A stretch of 64,000 nt of DNA. Origin: Ranitomeya imitator. Lineage: Eukaryota. The stretch is taken from the NCBI RefSeq assembly GCF_032444005.1, contig NC_091289.1:205034001-205098000 (forward strand), given 5' to 3'. Below, piece after piece: positions 12,122-22,653 of the stretch. The position numbers were made by a program, and so were the translations under genes. The notes beneath the pieces were generated by a model. It made no database searches. It was given only the letters and a program-made list of their open reading frames with translations, and was not told where the DNA came from. The stretch's first letter is position 1, and each line of letters starts with the position of its first letter.

Positions 12122-14824
12122 CTAATAATTGTATGATACAGTATTGTTCTGCTCCAGGAAGACATCCAGGCCTCTCTTGAACCCCTCGACTGAGTTCGCC
12201 ATCACCACCTCCTCAGGCAAGCAATTCCAGATTCTCACTGCCCTAACAGTAAAGAATCCTCTTCTATGTTGGTGGAAAAACCTTCTCTCCTCCAGACGCA
12301 AAGAATGCCCCCTTGTGCCCGTCACCTTCCTTGGTATAAACAGATCCTCAGCGAGATATTTGTATTGTCCCCTTATATACTTATACATGGTTATTAGATC
12401 GCCCCTCAGTCGTCTTTTTTCTAGACTAAATAATCCTAATTTCGCTAATCTATCTGGGTATTGTAGTTCTCCCATCCCCTTTATTAATTTTGTTGCCCTC
12501 CTTTGTACTCTCTCTAGTTCCATTATATCCTTCCTGAGCACCGGTGCCCAAAACTGGACACAGTACTCCATGTGCGGTCTAACTAGGGATTTGTACAGAG
12601 GCAGTATAATGCTCTCATCATGTGTATCCAGACCTCTTTTAATGCACCCCATGATCCTGTTTGCCTTGGCAGCTGTTGCCTGGCACTGGCTGCTCCAGGT
12701 AAGTTTATCATTAACTAGGATCCCCAAGTCCTTCTCCCTGTCAGATTTACCCAGTGGTTTCCCGTTCAGTGTGTAATGGTGATATTGATTCCCTCTTCCC
12801 ATGTGTATAACCTTACATTTATCATTGTTAAACCTCATCTGCCACCTTTCAGCCCAAGTTTCCAACTTATCCAGATCCATCTGTAGCAGAATACTATCTT
12901 CTCTTGTATTAACTGCTTTACATAGTTTTGTATCATCTGCAAATATCGATATTTTACTGTGTAAACCTTCTACCAGATCATTAATGAATATGTTGAAGAG
13001 AACAGGTCCCAATACTGACCCCTGCGGTACCCCACTGGTCACAGCGACCCAGTTAGAGACTATACCATTTATAACCACCCTCTGCTTTCTATCACTAAGC
13101 CAGTTACTAACCCATTTACACACATTTTCCCCCAGACCAAGCATTCTCATTTTGTGTACCAACCTCTTGTGCGGCACGGTATCAAACGCTTTGGAAAAAT
13201 CGAGATATACCACGTCCAATGACTCACCGTGGTCCAGTCTATAGCTTACCTCTTCATAAAAACTGATTAGATTGGTTTGACAGGAGCGATTTCTCATAAA
13301 CCCATGCTGATATGGAGTTAAACAGTTATTCTCATTGAGATAATCCAGAATAACATCCCTCAGAAACCCTTCAAATATTTTACCAACAATAGAGGTTAGA
13401 CTTACTGGCCTATAATTTCCAGGTTCACTTTTAGAGCCCTTTTTGAATATTGGCACCACATTTGCTATGCGCCAGTCCTGCGGAACAGACCCTGTCGCTA
13501 TAGAGTCACTAAAAATAAGAAATAATGGTTTATCTATTACATTACTTAGTTCTCTTAGTACTCGTGGGTGTATGCCATCCGGACCCGGAGATTTATCTAT
13601 TTTAATCTTATTTAGCCGGTTTCGCACCTCTTCTTGGGTTAGATTGGTGACCCTTAATATAGGGTTTTCATTGTTTCTTGGGATTTCACCTAGCATTTCA
13701 TTTTCCACCGTGAATACCGTGGAGAAGAAGGTGTTTAATATGTTAGCTTTTTCCTCGTCATCTACAACCATTCTTTCCTCACTATTTTTTAAGGGGCCTA
13801 CATTTTCAGTTTTTATTCTTTTACCATTGATATAGTTGAAGAACAGTTTGGGATTAGTTTTACTCTCCTTAGCAATGTGCTTCTCTGTTTCCTTTTTGGC
13901 AGCTTTAATTAGTTTTTTAGATAAAGTATTTTTCTCCCTATAGTTTTTTAGAGCTTCAATGGTGCCATCCTGCTTTAGTAGTGCAAATGCTTTCTTTTTA
14001 CTGTTAATTGCCTGTCTTACTTCTTTGTTTAGCCACATTGGGTTTTTCCTATTTCTAGTCCTTTTATTCCCACAAGGTATAAACCGCTTACACTGCCTAT
14101 TTAGGATGTTCTTAAACATTTCCCATTTATTATCTGTATTCTCATTTCTGAGGATATTGTCCCAGTCTACCAGATTAAGGGCATCTCTAAGCTGGTCAAA
14201 CTTTGCCTTCCTAAAGTTCAGTGTTTTTGTGACTCCCTGACAAGTCCCCCTAGTGAAAGACAGGTGAAACTGCACAATATTGTGGTCGCTATTTCCTAAA
14301 TGCCCAACCACCTGCAGATTTGTTATTCTGTCAGGTCTATTAGATAGTATTAGGTCTAAAAGTGCTGCTCCTCTGGTTGGATTCTGCACCAATTGTGAAA
14401 GATAATTTTTCTTGGTTATTAGCAGAAACCTGTTGCCTTTATGGGTTTCACAGGTTTCTGTTTCCCAGTTAATATCCGGGTAGTTAAAGTCCCCCATAAC
14501 CAGGACCTCATTATGGGTTGCAGCTTCATCTATCTGCTTTAGAAGTAGACTTTCCATGCTTTCTGTTATATTTGGGGGTTTGTAACAGACCCCAATGAGA
14601 ATTTTGTTACCATTTTTCCCTCCATGAATTTCGACCCATATGGACTCGACATCCTCATTCCCTTCGCTAATATCCTCCCTTAAAGTGGACTTTAGACAAG
14701 ACTTTACATAGAGACAAACCCCTCCTCCTCTCCGATTTTTACGATCCTTTCTAAACAGACTGTAACCCTGTAAGTTAACTGCCCAGTCATAGCTTTCATC
14801 TAACCATGTCTCGGTTATTCCCAC
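12122..14824 (-). CDS. CR1 ORF2: AP endonuclease + reverse transcriptase (5'-truncated, uninterrupted 900 aa)
   Basis: ITETW, GDFN, SDH endonuclease motifs; PGPDG, YRPVSL, QHGF, YLDFSKAFD, GVPQGSVLGP, FADD RT motifs. Confidence 0.95.
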   Translation of the reverse strand: MGITETWLDESYDWAVNLQGYSLFRKDRKNRRGGGVCLYVKSCLKSTLREDISEGNEDVESIWVEIHGGKNGNKILIGVCYKPPNITESMESLLLKQIDEAATHNEVLVMGDFNYPDINWETETCETHKGNRFLLITKKNYLSQLVQNPTRGAALLDLILSNRPDRITNLQVVGHLGNSDHNIVQFHLSFTRGTCQGVTKTLNFRKAKFDQLRDALNLVDWDNILRNENTDNKWEMFKNILNRQCKRFIPCGNKRTRNRKNPMWLNKEVRQAINSKKKAFALLKQDGTIEALKNYREKNTLSKKLIKAAKKETEKHIAKESKTNPKLFFNYINGKRIKTENVGPLKNSEERMVVDDEEKANILNTFFSTVFTVENEMLGEIPRNNENPILRVTNLTQEEVRNRLNKIKIDKSPGPDGIHPRVLRELSNVIDKPLFLIFSDSIATGSVPQDWRIANVVPIFKKGSKSEPGNYRPVSLTSIVGKIFEGFLRDVILDYLNENNCLTPYQHGFMRNRSCQTNLISFYEEVSYRLDHGESLDVVYLDFSKAFDTVPHKRLVHKMRMLGLGENVCKWVSNWLSDRKQRVVINGIVSNWVAVTSGVPQGSVLGPVLFNIFINDLVEGLHSKISIFADDTKLCKAVNTREDSILLQMDLDKLETWAERWQMRFNNDKCKVIHMGRGNQYHHYTLNGKPLGKSDREKDLGILVNDKLTWSSQCQATAAKANRIMGCIKRGLDTHDESIILPLYKSLVRPHMEYCVQFWAPVLRKDIMELERVQRRATKLIKGMGELQYPDRLAKLGLFSLEKRRLRGDLITMYKYIRGQYKYLAEDLFIPRKVTGTRGHSLRLEERRFFHQHRRGFFTVRAVRIWNCLPEEVVMANSVEGFKRGLDVFLEQNNTVSYNY

Positions 14825-14831
14825 TATGTCA

Positions 14832-15917
14832 CTATGCGCTGCTTTTTATGCATCTTTGGGCTCTCTGTCCATCATGAACTGTCGCACCTCAGCTGGGCAC
14901 AGGTGTAGAAACTGGTCTGATCATCAGATCTCCCAGCTGCTCAAAGGTGGTCACTGACAGTCTTTGGATCCACTTGTTAAAGTGGGTCCTGAGTCCATGC
15001 ACCACATCACTATAACTGTCGTGTGGGCCATGTTGGAGGTTCTCGAACTTTTTACTGTAAATTTCAGGTGTTGCTGGTACTTCTTTAACAGAGCCTGCTT
15101 GATGGCTTCAGTCCTCATCTTCGTATGGCAGGAGAGAAGCAAACACCTCCAGAGCTTTGCCTTTTAGCCCTGGAGTCATGTATCGGGCCCATTGGTTGTC
15201 TGGAAGCCGGAACTATCGGTAGGCTTTCTCAAAAGCCCTTAGAAAGTGTCCAAGTCCCTGTCCTTTTCCATAACAGGAAAGTGCTCTGGCCGGGGTTTAG
15301 GGATCTGAGTGCTGTTGGGCTCACGGTTTCGCGTGGTAGATGGTATTGCCCCAAGTTAGGCCATCTGCAGTTCATGGGCCCTCTGAACCAGCTGCAGACA
15401 TCTCTCTATGTCATCTGCAGAGCATTGTTACAGAGTCAGTTGTAGGCAGAGGTCCACACTACCCTGGTTGCAAGTAGGTCCAGCATTCAGCGGTTGGACC
15501 TCAGCCATGGCACCACCTGCACTGTTGTTGGCTTCTGCGTCCACTGGGCTTTGAGAGCGGTCTTGAGCAGCTTCCCATTGCACCAGATCTGCAACCAGTT
15601 GGCTTTTGTTTTAGCCCGCAGAGTCAATCTGCTTCAACATGCACAAGGCAATAAGAGTATCCTTGGTCTGATTCTTATAAAAGGCCTCTCCCAGCAAACC
15701 ATGGTTGCCAAATAAAAGATAGGACAGAAAAACGAAGAAAAGTGTAGGGGGTAATCGCTATACACACTATCGTCTCAGGACTAGTAAACACTGAGTTCGT
15801 TCTCCAAAACTTTTTTCTGCAGAGTCCTCACAAGAACTGTGCAAGTTTTTAGTGAGAGGAATGATTGCTCCAACCCGACCACAAATGCTCTATTATCCCA
15901 CCGCTCTACCACCAATA
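14832..15917 (-). pseudogene. gag: Gmr1-like gag with SCAN-like domain, leader and tRNA-Leu-type PBS
   Basis: AIKQALLKKYQ...YRKKFR...DQFLHLCPAEVRQF-type motif at ~14840-15120; PBS-like atcccaccgctctaccacca at 15895-15914. Confidence 0.75.
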
Positions 15918-16142
15918 TGTCAGGGATCCCAGGGAGGATATCTTTATCATCCTCACCGCTCACACTAATTTGTCATGAACCGGGGTTGTTTGGCTGCCCC
16001 AGTTCTTTTCTGAAGGGGATTTATCTACATCCCACTTCCCAGTTCCAGTTTAGAGCTTGAAGCTCTCTAGCGCCCTCCATACAGGGTGCTGCACCTAGGA
16101 TAATTAGTCGCCAGACAGGCTGCCTTACTTGGTACTGGCTAA

Positions 16143-16790
16143 GGCCTGTTTCACACGTCAGTGGCTCCGGTACGTGTGGGGAGGGGGCAGTTTCCTCATG
16201 TACCGGAGGTGCTGACACACGTAGACACATCAAAATAAATGTGTCTCTGCACATGTCAGGGTGCAAAACACGGAGACATGTCCGCGTTTCTCCGGCAGCA
16301 CGGTCCACAAAGCGTCCTGCACACGTGCACACGGAGAACAGTGTGCACTCTCCTCCGTGTGCACGTATCGCCGCAGGAGAAACAGCACTACAATTATACG
16401 CTGTCCCCTGCTTTTGGTGCTGAAGCCGGCATTCATTCCTTCTCCCCAGCAGCATTCGCTGGAGAGAAGGAATGAAAAACCAAGGTTTTATTTTTTTTGT
16501 TAAAAATAAAGTTTGGGGTCACGTGGTACCACTCATTACAGTGATGAATATGCGGCTCCACCTCCCATATTCATCACTGTAATGAGCAGTACCACGTGAC
16601 CGCTCACACAGGACAGGCTGTCGGTGCTGAGAGGAGGCATCGTGGGAGCTGGGTGAGTATTTCTCTGCAAGCAGGCGGGCACACGGGGGTGGGAGGCAGG
16701 AAGTGACCCCAAACTTTATTTGTAACAAAAAAAATAAAAAGGACACGGATAACTCCGGTACCGGAATTATCTGGACGTGTGAGACTGGCC
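16143..16790. mobile_element. PIF/Harbinger-type MITE
   Basis: TIRs ggcctgtttcacacgtc / gacgtgtgagactggcc; TAA TSD; removing it restores the LTR sequence actggctaatgggcac seen at ~43977. Confidence 0.9.
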
Positions 16791-17572
16791 TAATGGGCAC
16801 TCTGCAGAGGGGGCAATATAACTACTCCCACTCAGGCGGGAACAATAATTATCAACGCTGTCCGTTGCTACCAGGTGTCCCAAAAGCACAGGACATATCA
16901 GCTACCACCTGCTCCGATTTCTTAATTAATAACGGGTTCGGAGCCAACCCAAATTAGTAGCGTAATTCACTTCAGGGGACGTGACAGTATGTTATAGAGC
17001 AAGGAGAAACGAAACTAGTAATTTTATATATTTTACTCCAAAAGGTAGGCAGTGTTTAAAAAAGGGTAAAAAAAAAATTATAAAAGAAGACAAGTATTGT
17101 ATGTACAAACAATTACAAATAAAAAGGGATTAACAGAAGAAAATCGGTTCTTTCATATCATTCAATGGTACACCGTGTGGTGGCTGGGGGAGGGGACCTT
17201 CCCCAAAATCTTCAGGTCAGATTGCACAGCCTGTCGTAGCTGAATCCCCCAGCAAAAGACACCCTTTGTCTGGGCCTCTGAGTTTTAAACCTTTGCCCAA
17301 AATTAAGAGTCTCCCCTACCCTTGTTTTATTGCCATGTGCTTCTACTTCAGTTTAAAGCCATAAAACTCCTCAGTGAACGTTGCTGGCATGCTGGTTTCA
17401 CATTACAGCTGTATAGCAGGGGGAGAGAGGAAGACTGGCTTAGAATTCCAGCCTGTGCTGGCAGGCAGAGAGAAGAGGGGGGTCAAAGAGCCCACAGCAT
17501 GTGTCTGGAACCATGGCACCTTCTGAAAAATCACTCATACCATGGCTTTTTTTTACATTATTTTTTACATTT

Positions 17573-17855
17573 GGGCAGCACGGTGGCTCAGTGAATAGCA
17601 CAGCAGCCTTGCAGCGCTGGAGTCCTGGGTTCTAATCCCACCTTGGACACCATCTGCAAGGAGTTTGTATGTTCTCCCCGTGTTTGTGTGGGTTTCCTCT
17701 GGGTACTCCGGTTTCCTCCCACATTCCAAAGACATACTGATAGGGAATTTAGATTGTGAGCCCCATCGGGGACAGCGATGATAATGTGTGCAAACTGTAA
17801 AGGGCTGTGGAATATGTTAGTGCTATATAAAAATAAATATGATTATTATTACATT
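17573..17855 (+). mobile_element. tRNA-derived V-SINE
   Basis: A box TGGCTCAGTGA (17584-17594), B box GGTTCTAATCC (17628-17638), V-domain gagtttgtatgttctccccgtg...ggtttcctcccacattccaaagaca, (att)n tail. Confidence 0.85.
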
Positions 17856-19842
17856 ATTGTGACAAGGTGCTATAGGACACATATGGCAGCAGCGGCTAAG
17901 TATTGGGGTATCAGGTGATGTAAGACACATATGGCAGCAGCGGCTAAGTATTGGGGTATCAGGTGATGTAAGACACATATGGCAGCAGCGGCTCAGTATT
18001 GGGGTATCAGGAGCTGTAGGACACATACGGCAGGAACGGATCAGTATTGGGGTATCAGGTGTAGGACACATATGGCAGCAGAGGCTCAGTATTGGGGTAT
18101 CAGGTGTAGGACACATATGGCAGAGGCTCAGTATTGGGGTATCAGATTCTGTAGGACACATATGGCAGCAGCAGCTCAGTATTGGGGTATCAGGTGCTGT
18201 AGGACACATATGGCAGCAGCGGCTCAGTATTGGGGTATCAGGTGTAGGATACATATGGCAGGAACGGATCAGTATTGGGGAATCAGGTGCTGTAGGACAC
18301 ATGGCAGCAGTGGCTCAGTATTGGGGTATCAGGTGCTGTAGGACACATATGGCAGCAATGGCTCAGTATTGGGGTATCAGGTGTAGGACACATATGGCAG
18401 CAGCGGCTCAGTATTGGGGTATCAGGTGTAGGACACATATGGCAGCAACAGCTCAGTATTGGGGTATCAGGTGCTGTAGGACACATATGGCAGCAGTGTC
18501 TCAGTATTGGGGTATCAGGTGTAGGACACATATGACAGCAGTGGCTCAGTATTGGGGTATCAGGTGTAGGACACATATGGCAGCAGAGGCTCAGTATTGG
18601 GGTATCAGGTGTAGGACACATATGGCAGCAGAGGCTCAGTATTGGGGTATCAGGTGAAGGACACATATGGCAGCAGAGGCTCAGTATTGGGGTATCAGGT
18701 GTAGGACACATATGGCAGCAGCGGCTCAGTATTGGGGTATCAGGTGTAGGACACATATAGCAGCAGTGGCTCAGTATTGGGGTATCAGGTGTAGGACACA
18801 TATGGCAGCAGCAGCTCAGTATTGGGGTATCAGGTGTAGGACACATGTGGCAGCAGCGGATCAGTATTGGGGTATCAGGTGTAGGACACATATAGCAGCA
18901 GTGGCTCAGTATTGGGGTATCAGGTGTAGGACACATATGGCAGCAGCGGCTCAGTATTGGGGTATCAGGTGTAGGACACATGTGGCAGCAGCAGCTCAGT
19001 ATTGGGGTATCAGGTGTAGGACACATATGGCAGCAGAGGCTCAGTATTGGGGTATCAGGTGTAGGACACATATGGCAGCAGCAGCTCAGTATTGGGGTAT
19101 CTGTTGTGAATTCTGTGATCAAGCTCCCTCCTGTGGTCACGAGTGGTACTGCGGCTTCTGAGTTTCCTTCCTCAGGTGATGAGGTTAAGTCGTTAGGTGC
19201 TGCTCTATTTAACTCCACCTAGTGCTTTGATCCTGGCCTCCAGTCAATGTTCTAGTATTGGTTTTGCTTCCTTCTGGATCGTTCCTGTGGCCTGTCTGCT
19301 CAGCATAAGGTAAGTTCTGCTTGTGTTACTTTTGTTGCTATATTTTCTGTCCAGCTTGCTTTTTTGGTTTTGCTTGCTTGCTGAAGCTCTGAGATGCAGA
19401 GGGTGCACCTCCGTACCGTTAGTCGGTGCGGAGGGCCTTTTTGCCCCTCTGCGTGGTTGTTTGTAGGTTTTTGTGTTGACCGCAAAGCTATCTTTCCTAT
19501 CCTCGGTCTATTCAGTAAGTCGGGCCTCACTTTGCTAAATCTATTTCATCTCTGTGTTTGTATTTTCATCTTAACTCACAGTCATTATATGTGGGGGGCT
19601 GCCTTTTCCTTTGGGGAATTTCTCTGAGGCAAGGTAGGCTTATTTTTCTATCTTCAGGACTAGCTAGTTTCTCAGGCTGTGCCGAGTTGCATAGGGAGCG
19701 TTAGGCGCAATCCACGGCTACCTCTAGTGTGGTTTGATAGGTTTAGGGATTGCGGTCAGCAGAGTTTCCACGTCTCAGAGCTCGTCCTATGTTTTGTGGT
19801 TTTTGTCTGGTCACTTGTGTGCTCTGAACTTCAAGGTCCATT

Positions 19843-22644
19843 GTGGTTCTGAATTATCTATTCATAACAGTACTGGAGGCCCAAAGTACTATGCTTCTCA
19901 ATAGAGGGAAAAAAGAAGTTCTGAGACCATTTTTTTTTCTTTGCACTGTGTTTTGCCTTTTTTTCCCCCTAGACATTTGGGTGGTTCAGGACACAGGTGT
20001 GGTGATGGGCATTAAAGGTCTGTCTTCATGTGTGGATCTTCTCACTGCAAGAGTACAAAATATTCAAGACTTTGTGGCTCAGAATTCTATGTTAGAACCA
20101 AGAATTCCTATTCCTGATTTGTTTTCTGGAGATAGAGCTAAATTTCTGAGTTTCAAAAATAATTGCAAACTGTTTCTGGCGTTGAAACCTCGCTCCTCTG
20201 GTGACCCAGTTCAACAGGTTTTGATTATTATTTCTTTATTACGTGGCGACCCTCAAGACTGGGCATTTTCCCTTGCGCCAGGAGATCCTGCATTATGTAA
20301 TATTGATGCGTTTTTTCTGGCGCTCGGATTACTGTACGATGAACCTAATTCAGTGGATCAGGCAGAGAAAAATTTGCTGGCTCTGTGTCAGGGTCAGGAT
20401 GAGATAGAGCTATATTGTCAGAAATTTAGAAAGTGGTCTGTGCTCACTCAATGGAATGAATGTGCTTTGGCAGCAATCTTCAGAAAGGGTCTCTCTGAAG
20501 CCCTTAAGGATGTCATGGCGGGATTTCCTATGCCTGCTGGTCTGAATGAGTCTATGTCTTTGGCCATTCAGATCGGTCGACGCTTGCGTGAGCGTAAATC
20601 TGTGCACCATTTGGCGGTATTATCTGAGCATAAACCTGAGCCTATGCAGTGCGATAGGACTTTGACCAGAGCTGAAAGGCAAGAACACAGACGTCAGAAT
20701 GGGCTGTGTTTCTACTGTGGTGATTCCACTCATGCTATCTCCGATTGTCCTAAGCGCACTAAGCGGTTCGCTAAGTCTGCCACCATTGGTACGGTACAGT
20801 CGAAATTTCTTTTGTCCGTTACTTTGATCTGCTCTTTGTCTTCCTATTCTGTCATGGCATTTGTGGATTCAGGCGCTGCCCTGAATTTGATGGACTTGGA
20901 GTTTGCTAGGCGCTGTGGGTTTGTCTTGGAGCCCTTGCAGTATCCTATTCCATTGAGAGGAATTGATGCTACGCCTTTGGCCAAGAATAAGCCTCAGTAT
21001 TGGACCCAGCTGACCATGTGCATGGCTCCTGCGCACCAGGAGGATATTCGCTTTCTGGTGTTGCAGAATCTGCATGATGTGGTCGTGTTGGGGTTGCCAT
21101 GGCTACAAGTCCATAACCCAGTATTAGATTGGAAATCAATGTCTGTGTCCAGCTGGGGTTGTCAGGGGGTACATGGTGATGTCCCATTTCTGACTATTTC
21201 ATCATCCACCCCTTCTGAGGTCCCAGAGTTCTTGTCTGATTACCGGGATGTATTCGATGAGCCCAAGTCCAATGCCCTACCTCCGCATAGGGATTGTGAT
21301 TGTGCTATCGAGTTGATTCCTGGTAGTAAGTTTCCTAAGGGTCGACTGTTTAATTTATCTGTACCTGAGCACGCCGCTATGCGGAGTTACGTAAAAGAAT
21401 CCTTGGAGAAGGGTCATATTCGGCCGTCGTCATCGCCATTGGGAGCAGGGTTCTTTTTTGTGGCCAAGAAGGATGGTTCGCTGAGACCTTGTATTGATTA
21501 CCGCCTTCTAAATAAAATCACGGTCAAATTTCAGTACCCCTTGCCGCTGTTATCTGATTTGTTTGCTCGGATTAAGGGGGCTAGTTGGTTCACCAAGATA
21601 GATCTTCATGGTGCATATAATCTTGTGCGTATTAAATGGGGCGATGAATGGAAAACTGCATTTAATACGCCCGAGGGCCATTTTGAGTACCTGGTTATGC
21701 CATTCGGACTTGCCAATGCTCCATCAGTATTTCAGTCCTTTATGCATGACATCTTCCGAGAGTACCTGGATAAATTCCTGATTGTATACTTGGATGATAT
21801 TTTGGTCTTCTCGGATGATTGGGAGTCTCATGTGAAGCAGGTCAGAATGGTGTTCCAGGTCCTGCGTGCTAATTCTTTGTTTGTGAAGGGATCAAAGTGT
21901 CTCTTTGGTGTTCAGAAGGTTTCATTTTTGGGGTTCATTTTTTCCCCTTCTACCATCGAGATGGACCCTGTTAAGGTCCAGGCCATTTATGATTGGACTC
22001 AGCCGACATCTCTGAAGAGTCTGCAAAAGTTCCTTGGCTTTGCTAATTTTTATCGTCGCTTCATCTGTAATTTTTCTAGTATTGCTAAACCATTGACCGA
22101 TTTGACCAAGAAGGGTGCTGATGTGGTCAATTGGTCTTCTGCTGCTGTGGAAGCTTTTCAAGAGTTAAAGCGTCGTTTTTCTTCTGCCCCTGTGTTGTGT
22201 CAACCAGATGTTTCGCTCCCGTTCCAGGTCGAGGTTGATGCTTCTGAGATTGGAGCAGGGGCTGTTTTGTCGCAGAGAGGTTCTGGTTGCTCGGTGATGA
22301 AGCCATGCGCCTTCTTTTCCAGGAAGTTTTCGCCTGCTGAGCGAAATTATGATGTTGGCAATCGAGAGTTGCTGGCCATGAGGTGGGCATTCGAGGAGTG
22401 GTGTCATTGGCTTGAAGGAGCCAAGCATCGCGTGGTGGTCTTGACTGATCACAAGAACTTGACTTATCTCGAGTCTGCCAAACGGTTGAATCCTAGACAG
22501 GCTCGTTGGTCGCTGTTTTTCTCCCGTTTTGACTTTGTGGTTTCGTACCTTCCGGGCTCTAAAAATGTGAAGGCGGATGCCCTGTCTAGGAGTTTTGTGC
22601 CCGACTCTCCGGGTTTGCCTGAGCCGGCGGGTATTCTCAAATAG
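19843..22644 (+). CDS. gag-pol: Gag-protease-RT-RNase H polyprotein (ends at a premature TAG)
   Basis: CFYCGDSTHAISDC knuckle, FVDSGA protease, LRPCIDYR, MPFGLANAP, YLDD, VDASEIG, ELLAM, TDHKNL. True start codon uncertain. Confidence 0.9.
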   Translation: MVLNYLFITVLEAQSTMLLNRGKKEVLRPFFFLCTVFCLFFPLDIWVVQDTGVVMGIKGLSSCVDLLTARVQNIQDFVAQNSMLEPRIPIPDLFSGDRAKFLSFKNNCKLFLALKPRSSGDPVQQVLIIISLLRGDPQDWAFSLAPGDPALCNIDAFFLALGLLYDEPNSVDQAEKNLLALCQGQDEIELYCQKFRKWSVLTQWNECALAAIFRKGLSEALKDVMAGFPMPAGLNESMSLAIQIGRRLRERKSVHHLAVLSEHKPEPMQCDRTLTRAERQEHRRQNGLCFYCGDSTHAISDCPKRTKRFAKSATIGTVQSKFLLSVTLICSLSSYSVMAFVDSGAALNLMDLEFARRCGFVLEPLQYPIPLRGIDATPLAKNKPQYWTQLTMCMAPAHQEDIRFLVLQNLHDVVVLGLPWLQVHNPVLDWKSMSVSSWGCQGVHGDVPFLTISSSTPSEVPEFLSDYRDVFDEPKSNALPPHRDCDCAIELIPGSKFPKGRLFNLSVPEHAAMRSYVKESLEKGHIRPSSSPLGAGFFFVAKKDGSLRPCIDYRLLNKITVKFQYPLPLLSDLFARIKGASWFTKIDLHGAYNLVRIKWGDEWKTAFNTPEGHFEYLVMPFGLANAPSVFQSFMHDIFREYLDKFLIVYLDDILVFSDDWESHVKQVRMVFQVLRANSLFVKGSKCLFGVQKVSFLGFIFSPSTIEMDPVKVQAIYDWTQPTSLKSLQKFLGFANFYRRFICNFSSIAKPLTDLTKKGADVVNWSSAAVEAFQELKRRFSSAPVLCQPDVSLPFQVEVDASEIGAGAVLSQRGSGCSVMKPCAFFSRKFSPAERNYDVGNRELLAMRWAFEEWCHWLEGAKHRVVVLTDHKNLTYLESAKRLNPRQARWSLFFSRFDFVVSYLPGSKNVKADALSRSFVPDSPGLPEPAGILK

Positions 22645-22653
22645 GGAGTAATT

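Larger units (their letters stand above)
10475..14831 (-). mobile_element. Composite CR1 LINE insertion (four near-identical segments, one inverted)
   Basis: Segments: 10475-10724 (-), filler, 10782-10931 (+), 10931-12019 (-), 12019-14831 (-). Three (taacatag)n tails. Interrupts Gmr1 gag. Confidence 0.95.
15918..17864 (-). mobile_element. 5' LTR of Gmr1-like family, interrupted by a MITE and a SINE
   Basis: TGTCA start next to the PBS; TGTGACA end after the SINE; homologous to 5084-6347. Confidence 0.75.

Noticed and set aside
12129-13835. Plus-strand ORFs of 130-215 aa
   Set aside because: Antisense shadows of CR1 ORF2.
17573-17645. tRNA gene
   Set aside because: A and B boxes are present but continue into a V-domain and tail; this is a SINE head, not a tRNA.
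17865-19101. Regular repeat array resembling CRISPR
   Set aside because: Contiguous tandem units with no unique spacers, no cas genes, eukaryotic context.
17823-19218. Cys/His-rich repetitive ORFs resembling metallothionein or keratin-associated proteins
   Set aside because: Translation of the 45-bp minisatellite, which is interrupted by a Gypsy insertion.
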